DNA of 64,000 bases from positions 93,310,001 through 93,374,000 of the forward strand of contig NC_043000.1 of assembly GCF_006345805.1 (NCBI RefSeq), read 5' to 3'. Below, in pieces: positions 24,731 through 36,618 of this stretch. The notes beneath the pieces were generated by a model, which made no database searches, had not been told where the DNA came from, and was given only the letters and a program-made list of their open reading frames with translations. The first letter of the stretch is position 1. Each line of letters opens with the position of its first letter. The stretch is from Octopus sinensis (lineage: Eukaryota). Position numbers and translations under genes: made by a program.

Positions 24731-24809
24731 TTTTAGCTGATGAGTACGGGACTCGTTTATTTGCAACTTTTAATAAAACCTGTCCTTGTATGAAACGATC
24801 GTACTAAAA
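24731..24809 (+). ncRNA. Minimal type I hammerhead ribozyme candidate, intact core
   Basis: UUUUAG CUGAUGA GUACGGGAC..GUCCUUGUAU GAAAC GAUC GUA CUAAAA: 6-bp stem I, 9-bp bulged stem II, palindromic loop GAUC, GUA site at 24803. Confidence 0.78.
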
Positions 24810-25109
24810 ACCTATCCATTCTTGTTGCTTCTTTCTCGCGTATATATATATATATATATATATACATATATATGTGTGTATGTATTTGATGAGCTTCTTT
24901 CAGTTTACACCTACCAAATCCACTTGCAAAGCTTTTAAGCACTTTGGTCAGCTCAGGATGACATTTAGAAGACATGCCAAGGTGCCATGCAGTGTGACTG
25001 AGAAGCAAATACCATCCCACACAACCACCTATACCCACATACACACACACACCCACATACATACGTATAATAAACGTCTGTTATTTTTATTAGGTTTCTA
25101 TACTCTCTT

Positions 25110-25500
25110 TCTTTTACTTGTTTCAGTCATTTGACTGCGGCCATGCTGGAGCACCACCTTTAATCGAGCAACTCGACCCCAGGACTTATTCTTTTGTAAG
25201 CCCAGTACTTATTCTATCGGTCTCTTTTGCCGAACCGCTAAGTAACGGGGACATGAACACACCAGCATCAGTTATCAAGCAATGCTAGGGGGGACAAATA
25301 CAGACACACAGACACATATAGATATATATACATATATATGACGGGCTTCTTTTCAATTTCCGTCTACCAAATCCACTCACAAGGCTTTGATCGGTCCAAG
25401 GCTATAGTAGAAGACACTTGCCCAAGGTGCCATGCAATGGGACTGAACCTGGAACCATGTGGTTGGCAAGCAAGCTACTTACCACACAGCCACTCCTGCA
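25110..25500 (-). mobile_element. SINE-A, well conserved
   Basis: Full tail-to-head match to family A. Confidence 0.88.
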
Positions 25501-25904
25501 CCTACATTTTAACATATTTGTAACATTTTAATTCTATATTTAACATATTTGCTATATTTTAATTCTATTGTTTGGTCATTTGCATATCCAGACAACCCCT
25601 GCACCAATAACGTGCTATTATGTTAATGACAACCTCATTACACAAGGAAGGCTCACAATTGCAGCTCGTCATGCTCATTACAGTTTCCATTGTTGTTTCA
25701 AACCAGATTGCTCTTCATCAACCATTTTGTTTGCTGTTCATGATTGTCCTCCTTCTTTTTCTGACTGTTCACTTTTTTCTGTTTTGTTTAGCAGGCTGTG
25801 AAACTCATGCAGTGCTGTATGCTTAAAAAGTTAGCTTATCAACTACTTGGCTTTAGGTTCAGTCTTACTGCGTGCCATGACTGTCAAAGAATAATAATAA
25901 TAAT

Positions 25905-26635
25905 GACCCTTTCTACTATAAACACAAGGCCTGAAATTTGGGGGAAGATGCATAGTTGATTACATCAACCCCAGTACACAACAGGTACTTATTTCATTGA
26001 CCCCAAAAGAATGAAAGGCAAAGGTGACTTCAACAGAATTTGAACTTGGAATGTAGCAGTAGATGAAATGCTTGGCAGCATTTCACCCAGTGCACTAACA
26101 ATTCTGCCAGCTTGCCACCTTAGCAATAATAGCAATAATGATGATGATGATGGTGATGATGATGATGATAATAATAATAATAATGATCCAAATTTAAGGT
26201 GGCAAGCTGGCAGTAGCGTTAGTATGCTAGGCGAAATGCTTAGTGATATTTTGTCTGTCTTTACTTTCTGAGTTCAAATTCCACCGAGGTTGACTTTGCT
26301 TTTCATCCTTTCGGAGTCGATAAATTAAGTACCATTTGCATACTGGGGTCGATCTAATCGACTGGCCCCCTGCCCCGAAATTTCGAGCCTTGTGCCTAGG
26401 GTAGAAAAAAATAATGATGAACCCTTCTACTAAAGGCACAAGGCTTGAAATTCGAGGGTAAGTGATTAGTTAATTACATTGACCCCAGTGTTACACTGGT
26501 ACTAAATTTATTAACCCTGAAAGGATGAAATGCAAAGCGGACACTGGCAGAATTTGAACTGAGCATGCAACGAGGGATGAAATACTGTTAAGCATTTCAC
26601 CTGGAATGCTAACAATTTTGCCAGCTCGCCAACTT
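25905..26635. mobile_element. SINE-B cluster in alternating orientation (- 25905-26125, + 26195-26410, - 26420-26635)
   Basis: Family B core on alternating strands. Confidence 0.8.
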
Positions 26636-26659
26636 AATAATGATAATAATAATAATAAT

Positions 26660-26696
<37 letters not shown>

Positions 26697-26721
26697 TAAT
26701 AATAATAATGATGATAATAAC

Positions 26722-27005
26722 AAAAGCACTCAGAGAGTGCAAACCTTCACCAACGCAACACCAATGTCCTCTCAAAGATTAACCAGAGATGATTTTTAAA
26801 ATGGGAATATCTGAAATAAATTCGACTGCTCTCACAAGCAAGAATACTAAAGATGAACCTGACCGCTCACAAAAAAAAACCCTTGTCCGGTACCAGATCG
26901 ATCTCAAAATCTTATCCCTGAAAGCGGTTCTTGAGATATCTTGTCCATGGACAAACAAACAAGCATGACTGAAAACAATACCTCTGCCTTCGCTAAGGTG
27001 GAAGT
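26722..27005. mobile_element. Unclassified non-autonomous element with a 3' subterminal hairpin
   Basis: Starts aaaagcactcagagagtgcaaacc; ends with the imperfect stem-loop cctctgcc-ttcgctaa-ggtggaag; lies inside (TAA)n. Confidence 0.4.
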
Positions 27006-27029
27006 AATAATAATAATAAAAGTAGTAGT

Positions 27030-27215
27030 TCATGAAACAAATAGGGCTGCAATAAGGGTGGAGCACATGCAGAAAATAACACTGCTTGGAACCACTCGAA
27101 TACTCCGGAAGGTGCTCGAAAAATAAGAGGTGTTACCTTAGTTAACAAGTAGTAAACGGCTGACATGGTAGTAGATCTCCAGCATTAGAAGCTGTGCAAA
27201 GGCAATGATAATAAT
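27030..27215 (+). mobile_element. 3' end of an RLE-type (R4/Dong-like) retrotransposon, family 1
   Basis: IRVEHMQKITLLGTTRILRKVLEK* followed by a short UTR and (ATA)n. Confidence 0.7.
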
Positions 27216-27399
27216 AGTAATAATAATAATAAAAATAATAATAATAAGGGTTTCAGATTCTGGCATAGGGCCTGCAGGTTTTGGAGTGGGGTGTAAGTCA
27301 ATTAGCTGGACCCTAGTACTTGACTGATACCTGTATATCAACCACTAAGGGATGTAAAGCAAAATTGACCACAGCAGAGAAATAATAATGAGCACCAAA

Positions 27400-27830
27400 G
27401 GCTGGATATAGTAACCTTTAGGAAGGACAAACAAGGGTGCCTAATAATTGACATGGCAGTGCCAGGAGATCAACATATCATCATGAAAGAAAGAGAAAAG
27501 GTTGATAAATGGGGAGACCTGAGAATTGAGATTGCTAAGATGGGGCAGCTCCATGAGTCAAACATAAGAGTTATCCCTATTGTCATCAGAGCATTGGGTT
27601 CAATACTACCCAATGTGAAAAAAAAACATCTGAAAACTTTAGAAATACCCTACAATCTATGTGTATTGCAAAAGTCGACATTACTGCATGCATATTGCGT
27701 TAAGTACTGTCTGTCTGAGGTCCTTGTTGTGACTTGACAGACAGTACAAACCCCCAGTAGATACATTATCTTCAATCAACAACCTCACAATAAAGTATAT
27801 TATGCAATGTCTATAATAATAAGAATAATA
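27400..27830 (+). mobile_element. 3' end of an R4/Dong-like retrotransposon, family 2 (RLE domain)
   Basis: DMAVPGDQHIIMKEREKVDKWGDLRIEIAKM..IRVIPIVIRALGSI..LQKS: D..(E)K-type endonuclease motifs; ends in (TAA)n. Confidence 0.8.
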
Positions 27831-27904
27831 ATAATAATAATAACATACACATGTAAGACTCCAGGAGTGCCAACGAAACCTGTGATAAAGACAAATAATA
27901 TTAA

Positions 27905-29055
27905 TATGGGGAACGTTTAAGATGTAAGAAGGAAAATTCAGAGCTCCGAAACCTATCCACATACATCGAAAACAAGGACATCCTATGGAGCCAAAGTTTT
28001 ACTAACAAAGAATTGGACTATATCCGAGTAAGTAATACTAATTGAAATTTATTACTATTTTCGAAACGAAATGATGTATTTTGACTCGATATCATCTCCA
28101 CCTCTAACGCAACACATGTAAACATGCATGAAACATCACGATCATCCTCGACCCCAAACACCATGTACAAAGGAACTACAAAGAAATTAAATGCCACCGA
28201 TACTATTCAACCCAAGAATAACAATCGAGCGGTACGTACATTAAACTTAAAACAAAAAATGTACGAAAAACTACACGTGCGAAATAATGTGACAACAGAA
28301 ATAAACAGACTGGTACCCTACGAAAATGACGACCGTCAAAATAATGGGCCGGACGTTGTACCTCATGTCCCGCAAATAAAACCCAAAAGACATAAATGGA
28401 CACGTGAGGAATACATTTCTATCTTACACGCATACTTCACAGCGATACTCTACCCAAAAAATGAAAATACAACAACACATACATATAAAATATGGAAGGA
28501 AAATAATAGAGATATAGACTTGGATACAGCAATGAACCCTAATAAATTAGCTAACGTACGAAGATACATTCTCAACACAAAAAAAATATCAGAAATAGAA
28601 ATAGAACACCTAAAAGAAAACATACACCAGGAAAATGTAGATAGAAGCCACACAACAATGCCCAATAATATAAACACTGAAACTGTAAAACACGAAGAAA
28701 AACGCAACATTCCCAACAAACACGATGTAAACAATGAAGGGGAGCCTAATGATTATGATAATATAAAAAATAAAATAATCAAAGAACTGAAAACAGAAAC
28801 AATTCCTATCATAGTAGGTGCATTAGGCATGATAAAAAAATATTCAGACAAATACATAACAAAAACACCAGGACTTACAAACACATATAACATACAGAAA
28901 ATTGCACTACTAGGCACTGCACACATCCTACGCAGAACACTTTCCATACAATAACCATCAGAGCATCACAACAAATCACAGCACATACCCAAGGCACACA
29001 GAGCTGCACTCGGTAGTGAAGTGAAAGCACGCTATAAAAATAAAACTACTGAATA
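27905..29055 (+). mobile_element. Internally deleted R4/Dong-like element with both ends
   Basis: About 220-bp leader, fusion ORF, 3' UTR ccatcagagcatc..aaaactactg, then (AAT)n. Confidence 0.75.
28124..28954 (+). CDS. 276-aa fusion ORF: R4/Dong N-terminal domain joined in frame to the RLE C-terminal tip, no RT
   Basis: N part RHKWTREEYISILHAYF..YKIWKENN..KLANVRRYIL; C part TETIPIIVGALGMIKK..IQKIALLGTAHILRRTL; junction near 28790. Confidence 0.6.
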   Translation: MHETSRSSSTPNTMYKGTTKKLNATDTIQPKNNNRAVRTLNLKQKMYEKLHVRNNVTTEINRLVPYENDDRQNNGPDVVPHVPQIKPKRHKWTREEYISILHAYFTAILYPKNENTTTHTYKIWKENNRDIDLDTAMNPNKLANVRRYILNTKKISEIEIEHLKENIHQENVDRSHTTMPNNINTETVKHEEKRNIPNKHDVNNEGEPNDYDNIKNKIIKELKTETIPIIVGALGMIKKYSDKYITKTPGLTNTYNIQKIALLGTAHILRRTLSIQ

Positions 29056-29094
29056 ATAATAATAATAATAATAATGATGATGATAATGATAATA

Positions 29095-29275
29095 ACAACA
29101 CCCAATCTGAAAAAACATTTGTAAACCTTAGGCATTACTAAACTGGAACTACACACATATTGCGTAAAGTACTGTCTGTCTGAGGTCCTTGTTGTGACTT
29201 GACAAACAGTACAAATCCTGGTAGACACAATATTGTCAATCAACACCCTCACGATGTTGTATACTGTGCGATGTC

Positions 29276-29280
<5 letters not shown>
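29095..29280 (+). mobile_element. Second R4/Dong family-2 3' end
   Basis: gtactgtctgtctgaggtccttgttgtgacttgac..gtctataataat shared with 27690-27830. Confidence 0.75.
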
Positions 29281-29321
<41 letters not shown>

Positions 29322-29599
29322 GTAATAATAATAATAATAAATTCAAATTACGATGAATGTAAACAAACAAATGAAATTTGCTTTAGAAGCATTGAGATGT
29401 CTTAGAAAGTTAAAGAAGTGATTTTAAATTCTCAAATACAGGATAATCCTAATAATATAGCCTGAACAGGATAAGCTACCCCTATTTTGCAGAAAAAGTG
29501 TTGGCGGTCAGCTAATAATAATATACACATGTAAGACTCCAGAAGCTCCAACCAAACTTGTGATAAAGAGAAATAATAATAATGATGATGATGATCTCA

Positions 29600-29790
29600 A
29601 AGTTTGGCACAGGTCAGCAGTTTCAGAGTAAGGGTTAAGTCAACCCTAGTATGCAGCTGGTACTTATTTTATCAAACTCAAAAGGATGAAAAGCAATGTT
29701 GACTTTGGCAGAATTTGAACTCAGAACACAAAGACTGACAAAATACCTCCAAGCATTTCAGCCAGCATGCTAATGATTCTGCCAGTTCAC
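29600..29790 (-). mobile_element. SINE-B
   Basis: Family B core on the reverse strand. Confidence 0.7.
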
Positions 29791-31312
29791 CAATAATATT
29801 AATAATAATGTTAATAATAATTTCTTACACAGGTACAAAGTGCCTCTAATTCTTTTTTTATCATTTTTTTTTTCCATGAGGTGATGGAGCTGCTGAGATT
29901 TGAACTAAAGGAAAAAACGGCAATGTAATTAAAAACTACAAGGTATTTTGTTTTGAGTTCTGTCAATTCTACTGCCTCTCCAGGAAAGAAAATATAGTAT
30001 AGAAGAACTTATCTTCCACTTGGAACACGACCAATATTTTTTTGAAAGGAGTAATAAATCTGATTGTACATTACTTCATTTTATCAACCCCTAGAGAGAT
30101 GCTATAGGCAGTCGGCACTAATGAAATTTGGATGCAAAAATTTCTGAGACGTTGAAGTAGATAAGAGCAAAAGCATATCATCGTCTGAGATTACATTGTT
30201 TGCAAGCATGTTAATTCACCATCATAGCAACAACAACAATAACAATAACAATGGCTTCTCATATAGACACAAGGTCACCCAATTTGAAGTTGTTGGTGTG
30301 ATAATAATGATGTCTAACAGTTGATATAATCAACTGTACCCCCTGCTGTCCTCCCACCCCCACCCCATAAACAAAAACAAGCAAATTAAAAAGCAAACGA
30401 AATTGTGTTTCCCCCCCCCCCGTATAGAATATGAAGCAATAGTCACAGGAGCAAGCACCACCGAGAAGTCGGTAAATTTGCACCTCGGCACCAGGAGTGG
30501 TAACTCGACACTGGTTAGCTTCTTGGGTGGCTGAACTGATGGTTGTGTCAAGAAGGTTGGAGCACGGTGGGTGTAGATGAGGTCTGGCTTGAACCAGACT
30601 ACCAGGTAAATAACAAATGGGAATATTTTGCTGAGAAATTATTTGAGATAATAACTATCTCTGAAAGAGCAGGCAAAGATGGTGAACAAACACATATACA
30701 TTAACATTGCTATTTATTATGGCTTGAACATTGTGCATTTTCCTAGTTTCCTCTGGAAATATTAGAGCTTCAGCTCTTCTTGCTCCTTATAGGAAGAAAA
30801 TGCATTTCCCTTGTGAGAAAGTCCTTATAGGTGTAGGTGTGGCTGTGTGGTGAGAAACTTGTTTCCCAACCACATGGTTCCTGGTTTAGTCCCACTGTGT
30901 AGCACCTTGGGAAAATGTCATCTACTATAGCATCAGAACAACCAAAGCCTTGTGAGTGGATTTGGTATACAGAAACTGGAAGAAGCCCATCATATATATA
31001 TATATGTATATATATATATTTAAGCAAACATTCAAACACTCAGATTTGAAATCAGATGTCACTACTGTTCATATCATCTGTGGGTAAATTTTAAAATTGA
31101 TGATATCACCAGCAGTGACATAAGTGGATCGCAGGTGCAATAGCATTAGATAGCTATGAATTATAAATTTGCATGAAGCGTAAGGATGCTTAACAAGCAT
31201 CTACTTGATAGAAATAAGAGCTAAAGTCTTAAATTTATCCACCGTACCGTACCAAGATAACAGAGAAAAACAGTATACAAGGAAAACAGAAAGGACAAAT
31301 AAAAATATTATG

Positions 31313-31347
<35 letters not shown>

Positions 31348-31349
<2 letters not shown>

Positions 31350-31730
31350 ACTTATCACACTCTTGGATTGGTTGGCATTAGGAAGGGCATCCAGCCATAG
31401 AAAACATGCCAAATCAGACTGAAGTATCTCATTTATATTTTTATCATATTTATCGCTGATGACGAGAAAATTCTAAATGAATTAACTCAGAAATTGGGAC
31501 CGATCCCATAATAACAAAATTTTTTAGAAATCTATCGGCTTGCTTTCAAGATGCGTGCTTATAGTGATAAATTATATGGTTATTGATGATTAAGTCTACT
31601 TTCAGTATATTTGGCATTGGAATTTTTTTCTTTTGCTCTTGTTTATAAGTTGTTTATTAATTTAACTTTTAAAGGTATTTTTTTAATGTGCTGGCCATTG
31701 ATAAAATTTTTTCGAAAATTTTATCCTATA

Positions 31731-31769
<39 letters not shown>

Positions 31770-32162
31770 TATATATATACCACTTATCACACTCTTGGAT
31801 TGGTTGGCATTAGGAAGGGCATCCAGCCATAGAAAACATGCCAAATCAGACTGAAGTATCTCATTTATATTTTTATCATATTTATCGCTGATGACGAGAA
31901 AATTCTAAATGAATTAACTCAGAAATTGGGACCGATCCCATAATAACAAAATTTTTTAGAAATCTATCGGCTTGCTTTCAAGATGCGTGCTTATAGTGAT
32001 AAATTATATGGTTATTGATGATTAAGTCTACTTTCAGTATATTTGGCATTGGAATTTTTTTCTTTTGCTCTTGTTTATAAGTTGTTTATTAATTTAACTT
32101 TTAAAGGTATTTTTTTAATGTGCTGGCCATTGATAAAATTTTTTCGAAAATTTTATCCTATA

Positions 32163-32164
<2 letters not shown>
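31348..32164. repeat. Tandem duplication of a 385-bp unit (RTE tail piece plus PLE-pLTR-like sequence)
   Basis: 31348-31732 and 31780-32164 look identical by eye and are separated by (TA)n. Confidence 0.9.
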
Positions 32165-32203
<39 letters not shown>

Positions 32204-32242
32204 AATTGAATGCCACACATCCAATTGCAAATAAGTATATAA

Positions 32243-32395
32243 GTGGTTGGCGTTAGGAAGGGCATCCATCTGTAGAAACTCTGCCAGATTAGATTGGAGC
32301 CTGGTGCAGCCATCTGATTCGCCAGTCCTCAGTCAAATCGTCCAACCCATGCTAGCATGGAAAGTGGACGCTAAACGATGATGATGATGATGATG
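32243..32395 (+). mobile_element. Solo RTE 3' tail
   Basis: gtggttggcgttaggaagggcatcc..catgctagcatggaaagtggacg..(gat)n. Confidence 0.85.
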
Positions 32396-32474
32396 TATGT
32401 ATGATGTATGTATATATATATATTTATGTGAGTGTGCTTGACAACTGATGTTGGTGTATCTATTAATTTATTAA

Positions 32475-33140
32475 TTTTTTCCTTATGAGTTTTGACTTTA
32501 AGAGTCCCTCCTAGCGTGAAGCATTTATGTATAGTAATGCCCTTAATATAAATAAATATATTTAAAGGGAAAAATTAGTAAATTTTTCCCTTATGAGGTT
32601 TTTCATGCAAATTGATAACTTCTTATAAAGATTTTATCCTATTTTTAAATTGTAAATTTAACCGGAATATATTCAGTGCTGAATTATTCTGAATATACAC
32701 GTGTACCGAGATGCAATTCTAAAATCACGTCTCTTACATAGCTATATAAGTGTCAACGATTCTATATACTATATTGGATACATTTGGTGTTTGTCTGTTA
32801 TGTTGATTTTTAGTTCATTCTTATGTGTCTTGATTATGCATGCACTGATGATTAAAAAGTGCATTTTGTGCACTAATTATGAAATCATATAATCTACAGC
32901 TGAATCTGTTTTTTTCAAAGCTCACTTCATGAGTTGCATTCCCTTGCATTTGGTACAAGGAGTTTATTATGGTAGTTTTGACTTTAAGAACCCCTCATAG
33001 CATGAGGCATTTATGTATAGTAATGCCCTTAATATAAATAAATATATTTAAGAGGAATAATTTATGAATTTTTCCCTTATAAGGTTTTTCACCCTAACTA
33101 CTTGATAAATTCTTATAAAGATTTTATCCTATTTTTAAAT
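32475..33140 (+). repeat. About 165-bp direct repeats (32485-32650, 32975-33140), PLE-pLTR-like ends
   Basis: gttttgactttaaga..gcatttatgtatagtaatgcccttaatataaataaatatatt..aagattttatcctatttttaaat occurs twice. Confidence 0.7.
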
Positions 33141-33560
33141 ATTATATATATATATATATGTAGTAAAATATATATATAGTAGAATTTAAAGTTTCTCCAC
33201 ATAAAAGCACATATTACAAAAACTCTATCTTTAGTATATCATGTTAGCAATAGTATATGTGTGTGTGTATATATATATAAACATATATATATACTTTTAT
33301 GTGTGTGCATATATATATATATATATACACACACACATACACATACATATAATATTGTGTGTGTAAGTTGAGAAAAATAGCACAAGATCACATTTGTTTT
33401 ACAATGGATATTTTACAAAGTCCCACAAAAATAAAAGAAAACCCCAAAACTAATTAAGATACACTAATTTCATATTAAGATTGATTGAGAACAATGGAAA
33501 TTGCTGGAAAGTGGATGAACACACAGACACACACACATGCACGCACACACACACACACAC

Positions 33561-33609
<49 letters not shown>

Positions 33610-34739
33610 ATGTATATATATATGTATATATATATATGTCACACATACATACAGCAGACATATAAAAAATATACAATCATAAACTTCTAAAGAGAATCAT
33701 TTACAAATAATGTGAACAAATCTTTGAAATTTCTCATTAATCATTACATGTTAGTTTAGATACGAAAGACATGAATCAGCAGAAAGTAATTCTGTTTGGA
33801 TTTCCTCTTTTGTCTTTAATTTGTAGATAAATGACAGAGAATCCCACGTACTCAAACAAAAGCATACAAAGGTGTAGAACCACTCAAAGTAACCTTGATA
33901 AACAATTCATTCCTAAACATTTAGAGAATCAATCAAAGAATAAATATTTAATTATAAGAAAAAAAAAAATACAAATAAAATAAGACTAGATATTTTAGTT
34001 ATTTTTGTGGGTTTTTGTTCTTTTTTTTTTACTTTTTGTTTCCTTATTGTTGTTGTTGTTGTTGTGTTTTATTGTTTTTGCATTGTACATCTCGTCTGGT
34101 TGGTATTCGGTATGGAGACAGAGAGTGAGACAGAGAGAGAGAGAGTTCTACTTTATATAAACTAGAGATCTAGGTTACTTGCGAAAATGCTTGGAATATA
34201 GGAAAACAGGGCAGATCAGTGCGGAATTGTGACCAAAGATAAAGATATGTAATTAGGGCGCTGGTGCCGGTGCTGGAGTGTGTGTGTGTGTGTGTGTGAA
34301 CTCGTTCTCAAGAATTTTAATTGTTTTGTTTTATATTTTTATGTTGAGTTGTCTCCCCTTACCTTTGATTAATTTTTACTAAATCGTCTTTCAATGAAGT
34401 TTTTCTCTACTTCAGACACATATCTTTTTGTTTTACTTGTTTCAGTCATTGGATTGCGGCCATGCTGGGGTTTTTTTTTTAAAAGTCAAATGAATTGACC
34501 CCAGTAATTAACTTTTAAGCTTCGTACTTATTTTATTAGTCCCTTAATGCTGAGTTATGTGGTTGTAAACAAAGCAGCAAGTGGTAGGTGAATGGGGACG
34601 AATACACAAATGCACACACACACACACATACAGACATACATACATACAAACATACATACATATGCTATGTGGTTGGAAGAAATCTGAAGAAGTTATTGCT
34701 CCTGCATTGCATCCAAGACATTACAACATTGAAGGTGAA

Positions 34740-34975
34740 ACTCTTGCAACTGTGATCCAGAAACCCCAGGATGGAAAAGCACCTGGTAGAGACTTGATTG
34801 TTGGATATTGGTACAAGAAGCTAACATTCTACTGACCATATCTTATCAATCTGTACCAGCAAACCCTCAATGAGAACAGTAGCATACCACACTGGTTAGC
34901 TCTGGCAGAGGTAAACTTGATCCCCAAATGCAGAACCACCCACATGACAAAAACTACCTGCCAATTGCATGCCAG
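34740..34975 (+). pseudogene. R4/NeSL-type RT N-terminal fragment
   Basis: KPQDGKAPGRDLIVGYWYKKL*..IPHWLALAEVNLIPK..KNYLPIAC corresponds to KAPGPD..FWxK and IPK..NYRPI. Confidence 0.7.
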
Positions 34976-35124
34976 ATTTTAATGTATAAGATATATACAG
35001 CATGTATATATATATATATATATATATATTGTATTTAGGAATGGTCATTTTGCCAGTTTAGCCAATAAAAATCTGAGCTTTATATATATATATATATATA
35101 TATAAGTACTGGGGTCTATTCCAT

Positions 35125-35700
35125 GTCTGCATCGGGTGTCCTTGCTTTCTTTTCCCCTGCGAGTTCCAGTAAAGTGCTTGTTGTGTCACATTTGAGGGTT
35201 CTTTCCACAGTGTGTGTCTGGTCTATCTCCATTTCTTTCGTCTAATCTGAACATGTATGGGCCTCTGGTTGGCCCTTTCCCAAAGGTCAGTGTTTGGCAC
35301 TCTGTCGAACCACTTCAGATGGATGATCTGCCGGAGACATTTGTTGATGAAGGTCTGGATCTTCTTGTAGTAGTTGCTGCAGGTGGCTCCCCATGTTTCA
35401 GAGCCATACAAAAGCTCAGATTTTACATTTGAACTAAATAAGCAGAGTTTAGTTCGAGTTGAGATGGCAGTGGGCTTCCATACCAGCCAAAGAATAACAA
35501 AGGCTTGCCAAGCCTTTTTACTTCTTGCCGTGATGTCCTTGTCTGATCAACCTGATTTGCTGATCTTGCTGCCAAGATAGACAAACTCACTAACGTCCTC
35601 CACAGGTGCCCCCTTGATTGTGATTGGCTCTTCCTGCTTGTTGTTGGTACGCAGCACTTTTGTCTTTTCCTGGCTGATCCTCAAGCCCGCTTACCATGAA
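35125..35700 (-). pseudogene. Old RTE-clade LINE RT C-terminal fragment (distinct family)
   Basis: GLRISQEKTKVLR, EFVYLGSKI, LLYGSETW, IQTFINKCLRQI and IRRKKWR. Confidence 0.85.
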
Positions 35701-36574
35701 GTTTCTGTCAGGTGGTCTATAGTATGTCTAAAATATGATAGAATTGTAGACTTGATTCTCAGCAATAGGTGTCTCCATGCTTTCAGCTTTTATAATACTG
35801 CAGTAATTGTTACTCTGTCTTTCTTACTCATTTTACCTCCAATTTGCAAAAGACCAGCATTTCAAAGACTTCTACCCTTTTCTCCATAGCTGCATGCATT
35901 GCCCATGTTTCTGCCCAGTAGAGAACAGCAGGCATAACATAACAGATAACTAGCCTCAATTTTAGAGGCAATGCATACATATACAAACCTCAGTAGTGAA
36001 TCAATGGGCCGTTGAAGACTACGGAACACATAAATATTAGCAGTCTTCATTTTATCGACCTTGAAACATTGAACAGGTAATGTGAACCTTAAAAAGCACC
36101 TAAGTACCGTCAAATAAGCTTTGAATTCAGATCAGTGAGATGCCAAACTAGATACAACCAAACATTTCAAGTTGAGTGCCTTATTGTTTCAATGATTTCT
36201 GCCATAAAATAACTTAGAACATGAATAATGTAAACAAATCATGAAAGAATGGTAAATTACAGAAATGTCAATAAAATGGTGTCAGAATGAATGCTGGTGC
36301 AATAAAATCGTTCTTATGAATGAACGAATGAATGAACAACACATTTAGTGATTACAAATAATTTTTCTCTCTTCAGATGAAACAGATTCTCTGGAAACTC
36401 TCCAAAATATATTATATCTTTCGTGTATTATTCACCATTCTATTTTCTGCTAATTACTGGCAAAAAAATTTACACATGAAGGGAATATACCAGGTAGAAG
36501 ACTTTCTTGTTACATGCATATTTATGTATGTGTGTGTGTGTGTGTATGTATGTATATATGCATATGTGCATATA

Positions 36575-36618
<44 letters not shown>

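Larger units (their letters stand above)
24035..24839. mobile_element. ORF-less fold-back element with hammerhead motifs in both arms
   Basis: Arms 24035-24229 and 24655-24839 are near-perfect reverse complements; the right end abuts (TA)n. Confidence 0.85.

Noticed and set aside
25790-25880. Exon-like AVKLMQCCMLKKLAYQLLGF
   Set aside because: It overlaps a degenerate SINE-A head.
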